33,613 bases of DNA from Trichoplax sp. H2 (lineage: Eukaryota), in assembly GCA_003344405.1 (NCBI GenBank), contig NOWV01000240.1:62001-95613 (forward strand), given 5' to 3'. Positions 23,501 through 33,613 of the stretch are shown here, in pieces. A program made the position numbers and the translations under genes. Within the stretch, counting starts at the first letter, position 1. Each line of letters starts with the position of its first letter. A model generated the notes under the pieces. It was given only the letters and a program-made list of their open reading frames with translations. It did no database searches and was not told the origin of the DNA.

Positions 23501-24009
23501 TAGACACGATTCTTTCCTGACTTTTCGATATCTTTTTGGTTAATCTGATAAAGATTTTATATTTACTTTTGTAATAATTAATGTAGATTTATAGCACTGG
23601 TAGCGATCCTAAGAGAGAACAGCTACGAAAAGCGAGGTATACTACACTATACTTTTTTGATATTATGGTATTTTGAGCTTTAATAATTTGCGTCAAATGT
23701 ATTGTAGGCTTAATTGATTACAATTTTCATTGCCTACGAAAGGCCTTGCAACAGGTTAGTTGACTAGAAAAATAATAGTTGTTGCATGATAGATTAGATA
23801 CAGTACGTAACGTTTTACTGAATTGCTTCTAAATATATTTGCTATTTAGCAGAATGCTTATGATAATAATTTTCATTGCATCTCTTTTAACACTTATTTT
23901 AATCCAGGTTCTGGAATTAGATAAGCGAAATCATCTTAACAGCAATGATAGCAGTGCGAGTGTTGGAGAAAATATTAATGATCGAACTGGAAATTCAGTT
24001 ATTGCATAA
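20555..24009 (+). CDS. RRAGC: Ras-related GTP-binding protein C/D (RagC/D, Gtr2 family), ~383 aa
   Basis: 17 exons: 20555-20578, 20712-20773, 20929-21009, 21289-21383, 21627-21658, 21766-21867, 22068-22124, 22290-22359, 22449-22521, 22652-22691, 22827-22901, 23043-23107, 23202-23279, 23367-23465, 23587-23636, 23708-23754, 23908-24009. Motifs: [82 protein letters not shown]. Likely a pro-ortholog of RRAGC and RRAGD. Confidence 0.95.
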
Positions 24010-25318
24010 ATACGTATATATTGAAATTTATTTGACTGCTATTTATGATCACTAATATCATGTATCACGTAGTTGAAAATTTCATTTCTAATAGTACTGA
24101 ATTTCTGTTAACAGCGCGAGCCGTCACATTGTACTATATATTGTTACTGTTATGTATGTAACAGTGTCGTTATTGGGCCGCTCATACGACTCATACGGTG
24201 ATTCATTTTCAAATATTAGAAAACCTCTATTGATTGGGCTTATTAATTAACGTTATTTTACAATCTTGATAGCAATTCGATACTGTTTATTTGTGCGTTT
24301 ACACTGTGATTATAGATTTCTAGTTCTGCTGCTGTGGTAGTGTAATGGCGAATATTTCCTATAAGTCTTATGTAAAATACGTACTGTATCAATGATTTTG
24401 TAACTACTATTGTCCATACGGAAGTACTTGTGGCCCCGTAAGTAGGATTATACGAAGCCATTATCGATTAATACTACGTAGCTATGTTACGTTTTCGTCT
24501 AGGTATAATATGTTGATAGCGTTAGTATAAAATTTTCCACTGTTAATCATCCATGATAATAATAAAATTTACTTATTGATTGGTCAAATATTATATGAGT
24601 TACATCTTATCTGCAGTAGCAGTACTCACAGAAAGAGTATAGAATGAATAAAACTATGAAAGTATTGCATACTGTAAGCTAGATGCGATTGATCAGACGT
24701 TATTCGATGGTTTTAAATTCGTATTTCATCTAAATTATTTCTCTTTTATTTCATAATATATGCGTGCATATCATATTTGAAGAGTAGCGTTTCGTATAGT
24801 TGCAGTTAGAGGAGCCCTTAGAATCTATCCTAGTATAGCTCATCAAAATCTAAACTGTTCCGATTGATAGGAGAAATGAATAGGCTGAATAAAGTTTGAT
24901 AGATTAAACTACCCGGTGGCAATCATGTTAATGCTTATCTTAGAGAGATAGTTTTCATTGCATACCAAAATATTAGTACGATGGAGAGTATTTGCTTTAT
25001 TAAGTCAATTTTATGCAGCATTTGATATCACTGTTAATTACTTAGGTAAAACCTCAGTAAACTACGCAATACACATACTTCCGATATCAAGTAATAATTT
25101 GCCATAAGCATGTTGTAATAATTCGCATATATACAGGAATCCTGAAAATAAAATACGGAAGCCAATAAAATTTGTGTTGCATAAAAGCTATTATCATTAA
25201 TGGCTGTATGTAGAACTTTACAACATAAGCTTCGAAGGTAGTCATATCTGTTTAGAATATATTTTTTGTTCGTCTTCTAAAGTCTGAAAATAAGGCGTAT
25301 GGCGAATAAAACTGATCT

Positions 25319-28300
25319 TTATGATTTATTAGCTTTCTTATTTATTTCATGTGGTAAGACAACTCCCTCTAGGGCTTCGCTGTTTAAATTCAAATTGGCT
25401 AGCGGAACCTTCCAGTAATTAAAGTCATTATATTCCGCTCTGCTAATTTCAGCAGTACGTACATTCGAGTATAAAATGGGCGGAAACATATGATCAACAA
25501 GTTCGCCAAGCTTCATATATCTTTAAGAAAAATTGAGTTAGTCGATAAGAATACAATATTATTTTACGGTAACTGAAATATAACAATATGACAACACCAA
25601 CTTACGATGACTGAAAAGTGTTGATAAGATCGTTTCTGATTTCTCCCTATTTTAGTTTAATCAGTCGTATAATGAAGATTAATTATTCTCTTAATTACGA
25701 CATACATGTACATTATAGAATTATAAGATTAATAACAGTCAACTTTTTATCTTATTTTTTAAGAAAAGTTTTTCTAACCTTTGTATTTATGGTAAAAATT
25801 CTGCCAACTGGTATCCCAACAGCACGATAAGAAAATGCGTCCTAGTAAGATAAAAGTTAATGGATACTTCTATAAGCATTTATTAGAGAAAGCTGTAGAT
25901 GTTCCCGTAAAAATGAATTACGTTCAATCTATTTCCGAATCCAGAATAGTAGGGATTTTCTGGGAAAAGCTTCTGTAAATCACGTAAGCAGCCTATCTTA
26001 AATTTTTCCGGTTTCTTTTCAATTACTTCTCTAAAATACAATAATTTAAGCAGTCAGTCATTCAGAATAGCGTAGTGAAAATAGAAAATGTAAAAATTCG
26101 ATCAAAATATTTTCTTAATTGTCATGCTATTGTCTACAATACCTATGGAATGATTTTATCAAAGATGAAGGTGATAGCATTAATGGTCCATCCGGTAGGT
26201 TTATATTACCCTGAGTCACACTTTTAAGGAAATTCTTAGTGATGGATGACTAAACGATTTATAATACACAACGGCCATCAACAGTTAGTCACAGTGAGTT
26301 AGGTGCAACGCTAACGGCATCATCCAATATTACTTACTTGGCCTATAGAACGTGCTGATAGGTATATAAATTGATAACCATTCTTTTTAACTTTCGAAAA
26401 GAATTCCGCCTTGAGAGATACAGAGTTTACCATAAGATAATTGTCTATAGTAATTCGTGGAAAATTTTTCAATAAGTAAGCTGTAATTTCTAGTAAACTT
26501 ACTACTCCGTTCTGTGTCCAATCTCTACCAAAAACAGGCAAGATTTGGCCCATCACATCGGATCTAATGAAAGACGTTATACAGGCAAGTCAATCTATAG
26601 CTGAGAATGGCTAATGCACAGCAATTAAGAGAGAATTCGAAATATACACGTACTTAGTAATTGTTCCGTCGATATCAGATATTACAATCTTGTCTTTGTA
26701 ATTCCACAGATAGATGGATGCGGAAACCGATGCTGTACCCTAAACATTAAGTATTCTGTTATTCTTTTCAAGTTGAAAAGTTGGCAAGGTACACCCATTG
26801 CCGGATTGTATTTGTAGATAATTTATAATTAGCTGCAATATACATGTACTTCCGAAATAAAGGTGAGACCTCGTGTAAAAACTATTACTTTGTTGCTTTC
26901 TACATGGAATGATACAGTATGATAACTTACTTGATACTTTGATGATACCGAATAAGTTATTGTATTGTCGCCTTTCTTTAAATTCAATTTTTTCTAAAAT
27001 CCAAATCCATACATATTAAGAATTAGAATCTGTGCCTTTGAGGTATATTTTTGATTACATAAAAAGTTCGATAAATGGGTACAGAGATTACTTTACCAAT
27101 TGATCAGACGAAAGGCGCAAAGCTTTCTTGTAATTTTCGCTACAAAATGATTCTACTTCGTCGCCACCGTGACTTTTTTTACCATTATTGTTTGCTTCGA
27201 TATTTTCTTTGCTACCGGTAGATTCATCGTCCGTTCCTTCGTCACTCGCTGAAATCTCGCCATTCGATACTCTATGCTATATTTATTAAGCAACATTTGT
27301 GATTTTTATGCCGCCCATATCACTTTTGTCGTAACCGGAATAAATTACCTTCCTGGGAACTTTGTTATCGATTTGTGCTTTCTTCGTAGGTGACGGGCTT
27401 CTCCAAGAGAACCATGAACCAATAGAAGACTTCTGAGTCTGAATTTATGGTAAAGTATTAAATTGGTAATTATGCCAAGTACAAGGGATTAATGGTTATA
27501 GTAGAATATTACTATTGAATATGACCTGATTATTTCGCATATGCTGTCCAATTAGTTTGTCAACAGTATCCTAAAAGAGCATTTTTGGAGTACAGATCGA
27601 CTTTGAGTATCATTATGGAGAATATAAAAATGATTATCTCGATCATTTTTCACCTGAGGTAATGGTTGTTGATACAACATCATTGACATTACCATTGGTA
27701 TAGCAACTTGCCACGTGTAATAACTATATAAAAAATAGGTAAGTTTGATTAATGAGACGTGAAATTGTAGGTAAATATTATTGTTTAAAAGACAGTACTA
27801 ACTTATCGGCAATTCTAACAACTGTTTCATCGTCAAAGAGACGATTAGGGTTAGCACAAAATTCTTCATATGAGATAACGGAGGCGTTGAATTTTTCTGT
27901 GAGCACAAAAGATATTATTGGGTTTTTAGCATACTCGGGTTAATTGACTGCGACTTCTTTTCAGTATTAACGAACATCTACCTTGAGAATTAGGGTCATT
28001 AATGGCAGAATTGTAGCCACAACTGGAGATAGCAATATCGGCATAATCTTTGCTAAATTCAATAAAAGTTCAGTAAGAAGGGCTAGTTTTCACTGGATAT
28101 CAGCAAGCATATTAAACAATGAAACAATCATTTACCTCGTGTTTTCGCTTTCAAGACTAGGTGTAATCATTGGAAGGCTCTCGGAAAGGTGAGTAACCTT
28201 ATTATTCGACGTGCTGCCTGTCGCGGCAACCGTAGGTAAAGATAGCTCACGATGCATTTCACGCTGTAGTATAGATGTTTCTTCATTACTATCATAGGAA

Positions 28301-31300
28301 TTACTTTTTTTTGACCTAGACAAGGTAGAAAACGTACCGTTAGAATTAAAAGTGAAATTATCAGCGGACACTACATTATAAGTACAGACATAAAAACAAA
28401 CCGATTTGATCTGAGGTATTTTGCTGTAACTTCTGGGTCTACATCCGGTTTACTCAGCTCTGACAAATATATACCTCCATCATTTTCCTAATGATTATTA
28501 TCATAACAGTGACATAGAGAACTTATTAACTACAATTAATTCTTAAGAACAGGGTTTCCGCGAACTATATAAATGATGTTACAACTGACAGTCATACAAC
28601 TTTACCTCTGTTGGCGCTTCTCCTTTTTGTGAGTCTTTCCGACTGATAAATTTTATCATACTGCGTATTAAAGATCCATTATTTTCTGTGGATTTGGTAA
28701 TTAGGTCAAACATGACGCTACAGTTAATGGCATAAAATTTGTTTCTAGACGTAAACCCTTCATTATTATTCAAGTACCCGTATATTCTTTGGTTTTTTCT
28801 TTGTCAGCTTTGTCCCAATTCCAGTTTTCTTCAAAATCATCGTATGTTGTATCTGATTGATGTAACTCAACTTCTGTATCGCTGTGTGGAGAAGTATGAG
28901 AATCGAGAGGAATAGCATCTACAGGACTTGAATATAAAGATATTTCTTAGTGAACTTAAGTGAAATTTTTTCTTGTTACTTTTATTCAAAAGTAATTTTA
29001 TACCTTGATCTGGTAGGGCTGATATCACCATCCGAAAATAAGTAACGTTCACCATCGTGATCACGTAGTCCTTCCCACTGATAATTAATGTTAAAGTACT
29101 AGAATGTTAGACTGTATCAACTAGATATACTAACATGACTGAGTAACAATCGACTGAGTGATCGTCGTGAAAATTTTACTTACTTCTGACTTCCTAGAGG
29201 GAATACTAATCGCTTCTGATATGCTAGAATAAGCAGTAATTTCTGAATCTGAGAGTGCATTTTCGTTCAGTTTATTGTGATCACCATCCACTGGTATAAC
29301 TGTATCACCTTTGTTTTCAATATCGACTAAGGTCCATAAAGAACAAAGTGACGAAAATATTTAGTAATGTTCATTCCGCATAAATTTTTATCGTCCTATT
29401 CTATTTGTTTTATTGAGTTACCCTTGACGTCATTGCTTGGCGAAATTGACTATGGAAGATATAATAATATGTTATACTTTCACTATTTATGCTAAATATT
29501 GAATATGAGCTTATTTATTTGCTAGGAGTAACCTGTTCAGAATGAGGATTACGGTGGCTTGGTTCAATAGAGTCATCAGCGAAAGTAGTAATAGGTGAGG
29601 TGGATAAGAAAGAAGGCACCTAGTATAGTTAAAAAGCTTACGTTTACTACAAAATGAATAAAGTATACTTTTATGGTGTATTTATTTCGAAGTGATTTTT
29701 TGTTGAGGTCATACTGGAGCGTCAGTTTCTTCGACGAAAAAGGCTTCACCAGCATCTCCTAGTTTCATGAATATATCCGGAACGGATTGATTATTAATTT
29801 CAATGTCCACCTAATGGGTGATAAAGGATAAATAAATATTATTGCATTTGATATAAAAATGTGAATCAATTTGTTAGTTTACTATAGATATGTGATGTAC
29901 ATTTCTCTTTGTAACGCAGGTGACTTACATAACTTTATGGGATATCGCTTAATAATGATAGTTGTCTAATAGCATAATACAGTAATCTAAGAAGTTACAA
30001 ATTTAGCTTGGTGTCTATTACAGCAGTGTGATCTTCTAAGTTATATACTTCAATACTGATGTGAAAGCTTGTCCAAGGTAGTGTTAAAATTATTGCTACA
30101 TAGTAGTTTAAATAAGGCAATTTGTATCTACGAGTACGACAACATTTCAACTGATTAGAACGTTCTTACGATGAAGTTTTAACCAAGTATAACATTAGTC
30201 AAGGGTCAAATTGTCCTCATTTCCAAACGGTAGAAGCTACTGCATGTAGATCGTTTGTATTATGTCTAAGCTGGTCCTGAGACACTAAAAGGCAGACTAT
30301 TGTACCCAACAAGTCCAACGAATAATTTAAAACTTTAGAATGATGTTTTTGTCATTTATTTACAATCTGGTAAATGGATTTTTAGTACTAGTACTTTGCT
30401 TGGATGGAATTATTTGGAATTGGATAATCCATTACAGTTGTATATTACAGCGTAGACCGCGATTCATTGAGATGTTTTCTTGTACTGCAAAAAGACGTAT
30501 ACAAGTATTCCAAACATGTAGTGCAAGTGCAGGAAAGTAGAAAAAAGCATGAATATTACATGGTTATGAAGACGTAGCATCGAGTCTATTCTATAGTAGT
30601 TTCAAGACTTAAAATGAGCTATTTGATACAGAATTTCTTATTTATTTATTATTTTAATTTTGTATGAACGGTATTATAGTATATTGTGGGTAGAGTTGTC
30701 TAAGCATTCGGTGCAGTAGTATTTATTTACTATCGTATTATATTTATTCATAAAGTCGTATACAGAGTATCCCAAGATGGTAAAGAAATATTGTTGGTAA
30801 AACTGCTGGGTTTTATTGAAAAATTGGATATTTTTTATGAATGTAGAACTGGACAGCATACTACATGATCCAACCTTTCAACAGTGTGAAGTTAAAGTTC
30901 TCATATTTGATGGAGAAGCTAGGGTTAGGTTACAAGTTAGGTCGAATCAATTGTGTCTCTACGAATATTGTTATGACTAAACTTGCTCACTCTAGTACTC
31001 AGTTTTATTTTCAATCAACTTGTCAAAAAGGATGACTACAGTCAAGGAAAACTAAAAGTACAACTAGCCATTTCTGTAACATGGACAGCTGCGGTAGTCC
31101 TCAGCAAATAAAGTAGTATAAGCGTATTAGCTAGGGTTAACCTCCATCCAAGAACAGTATGTTGAGTTCACCCCTACCTAATACGATACTATGCATGGAC
31201 GTAGTAGGATCAATATCGCACGTATGGTATTGTTTCTGATGTCTCATTTTGTTAAAACAGCAGTAATGGTCGCATTCATAGGTCATGATGAGATTAGAAC

Positions 31301-31703
31301 AATTGAGGAGTTGGAATATAACAAGTTGGAGTACTAGAGTGGCATAATTTGTCATCATAACATGTGGCCAAGTGTATCCTTTGTAGCATGGTAGTGAGGG
31401 AAAACAAGCGTCAGGAAGTCTGCTCATTGATTGCTACTTTGTAGCAACGTTGCATTTCTATTGAGGGTAAATTTGATACTCTACTACTAGGTTAGAAGAG
31501 AAAAATGAGTTTGTATATTTTACCACTTTCTGACGACTTCGTAAAACGCCAAGCTTGCCAAAACGGACATGAAATGGAGAGCATGAATAGCTACCATCAG
31601 GTTGTTCAATGACAATAACGTCGATAGCTCCTGTTAATGTAGCAGGATTGATACCATTGTAGAATTCTTTGGTTAATGACACCAATTTGCCTATGTAATC
31701 CAT
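25319..31703 (-). CDS. LPIN: Lipin / Mg2+-dependent phosphatidate phosphatase (~818 aa)
   Basis: 25 exons: 31703-31524, 29810-29715, 29619-29533, 29449-29422, 29326-29184, 29077-29004, 28926-28778, 28685-28606, 28487-28402, 28315-28136, 28052-27982, 27896-27803, 27723-27654, 27570-27526, 27438-27349, 27276-27097, 26993-26931, 26739-26654, 26563-26503, 26409-26338, 26249-26143, 26030-25922, 25841-25779, 25646-25606, 25520-25319. N-LIP ([31 protein letters not shown]), M-Lip ([14 protein letters not shown]), catalytic [19 protein letters not shown]. Exons in the low-complexity middle are less certain. Confidence 0.93.
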
Positions 31704-32199
31704 TTCGATGAGGAAAACAATTCTAGAGCATGGTGTTTACTTCTCCAACTTGTACAAGATAGTATAACGGCTTGAAACAGATGGCCAATACACTACTTGG
31801 TGGCAATTTTTTCCCAATTTCGAGCCAAATGGTTGTTTAATGCAAATATACAAATAAAGCTCCTCCTGTACTCCTACTAATGACTACAATCATAACAATG
31901 ACTAAAATCAATAACAGACAGCTCCAATGACGTGAGCATGGAATGAAATGCTAGCCACAATCAATGATGGTATTTTCAACTCAGTTTTAATTTTGCTTTA
32001 TTTAAACACCAGCAGTTGATATCACGGCTAAGTAGAATAGTGTAATACTGTAACTTGAATTGAATAATTCAAGAAAGAACAAAAAATAAACTGCACTACC
32101 TGACTAAAAGATCATTGAAAATGGGGAATATTGTCGTCAGTTCTGAGCGTACTTTCTTCTCGTGGCTTTGTATCCCAAGTAGCTGCAAACTGTGCAACG

Positions 32200-32560
32200 T
32201 ACAGTATCATCACCTACAGTACAGTACTGTAGGGTAGAAGATGTTGACGTGTCGTCTGCCGCCAGTCATTTGAACCTATCGATCAATCAGTTCATACTAA
32301 CATTGATGACATCACTCGAGTATCGAGCATGAACGTCATAATCATCATACACTGTACTGTAGACTGTAGACTGTAGCGTACAGTACAGTGCAGTCGTCCT
32401 TTCCATCGATCACATGATTCAATTCAGTCTAGTGCACGTGACATGGTGAACCGGTACAGTACGGTTTACTGACTGAAGGTACTGGACCGCCTGTCGTGTT
32501 ATATAAGCTGTACGGTACTGTACCGTACCGCACTGTAATACTGTACACTATACGGTATAC
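32200..32560 (-). promoter_or_regulatory. Probable lipin promoter region
   Basis: Lies ~0.5-0.85 kb upstream of the lipin ATG and is CpG- and CAGTA/TACTG-rich. E-box-type sites TCACATGA (32410-32417) and CACGTGAC (32435-32442). The TSS cannot be determined from sequence. Confidence 0.45.
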
Positions 32561-32624
32561 TGCGTCACTAGTTTGCTTAGGGAATGGAACGGAAAGAGAT
32601 TGCTTAATCTCTCACACTTAGCGG

Positions 32625-33171
32625 TACAACCGTGCGGACAGACAGAAATTCAGCTTTATTGACAGGCTGTACGGAGTACAGTAGTAACAGTACTGTACAG
32701 TACAGTAAAGACCCATATTTTACAGACTTACAACCGTGCGGACAGACAGAAATTCAGCTTTACTTACAGGCGGTACTGAGTACAGTACAGTAGAGATCCT
32801 CCTTATTTTGCAGACTTACAACCGTGCGGACAGACAGAAATTTAGCTTTATTGACAGGCTGTACTGAGTACAGTACAGTACAGTAGAGACCCTTATTTGA
32901 CAGACTTACAACCGTGCGGACAGAAAGAAATTCAGCTTTATTTACAGGCTGTAATGAGTACAGTCGAGACCCTTATTGTACTGTACAGACTTACAACCAT
33001 GCGGACAGACAGAAATTCAGCTTTATTTATAGGCTGTAATGAGTACAGTCGAGACCCTTATTGTACTGTACAGACTTACAACCGTGCGGACAGACAGAAA
33101 TTCAGCTTTACTTACAGGCTGTACTGAGTACAGTACTGTACAGTACAGTAGAGACCCTTATTTTACAGACT
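32625..33171. repeat. Six-unit minisatellite, units of 85-104 bp
   Basis: Units start at 32625, 32729, 32817, 32907, 32992 and 33077 with the conserved TACAACCGTGCGGACAGACAGAAATTCAGCTTTA. A variable number of CAGTA/TACTG pentamers follows, then GAGACCCTTATT..CAGACT. Confidence 0.95.
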
Positions 33172-33613
33172 CTCTAAAAAGGGTCTCTAGTGAACAGTAA
33201 AGAAGCGTCAGAGATATGGAGATGAGGGAGTACCTTGAGGATAAAGTTTCTACACTATTTTACAGCACACTAGCTTTCATGGATTTCCATCATGATGCTA
33301 TAGTACCATACATAGAATCTCTTCATTACTGTACAGTACATAAGAAGTTTTCTACTGTTTCCAACTTTTCCCTGTTGGACTGTGTAATAAAATCATAAAC
33401 AAACTAAATTCAATTCCATTTTTTTTTTTTGGGGGGGGGGGTTATGCTGTACAGTACAGTAAGTAATAAACATTGAAAAATCTCTTGGAATTTCAATTTT
33501 TATATACTGTATGACTCTGCTCTATACTTGGGCTTTTACATGACGTTGTTGTAGAGGTCAGGATTACTTGATGTGCTTGATCTATCCTTCATTAGCCCAT
33601 GCTAGATTGACAT

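Noticed and set aside
29811..31523. Short ORFs in lipin intron 1 (30340-30540, 30674-30859, 31137-31427) as nested genes
   Set aside because: No recognisable motifs or exon chain; lengths are compatible with chance.
32897..33127. 76-aa ORF with internal repeats
   Set aside because: It is a translation of the minisatellite with a non-ATG start.
32625..33171. CRISPR-like appearance (constant ~34-bp block with variable intervening sequence)
   Set aside because: The intervening segments are homologous to each other rather than unique spacers, there are no cas genes, and the context is eukaryotic.
33419..33440. T12-G10 homopolymer junction as a retro-element tail
   Set aside because: No associated element body or target-site duplication is visible; it is a simple low-complexity run.

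Overview
AT-rich, intron-dense eukaryotic animal DNA. The style resembles a placozoan such as Trichoplax, but that is inference. I reconstructed six protein-coding genes by hand with phase-consistent splice sites. Three are tandem, two-exon, minus-strand type-I membrane carboxyl/cholinesterase-family paralogs with a neuroligin-like layout and three different active-site states: Ser-Asp-His, apparently dead, and Ser-Glu-His. The others are UCHL5/UCH37 (4 exons, -), head-to-head with a 17-exon RagC/D GTPase (+), and a convergent 25-exon lipin (-). Non-coding structure includes a foldback/MITE-like element bracketed by ~75-bp direct repeats, a probable haplotype duplication across a 20-N gap, and a six-unit minisatellite ending in a hairpin. 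Candidate regulatory signals are an NRF1-type site, an identical M-box/CLEAR-like 12-mer upstream of both RagC/D and lipin, and CAGTA/TACTG pentamer clusters near most gene starts. I saw no rRNA, tRNA or CRISPR.
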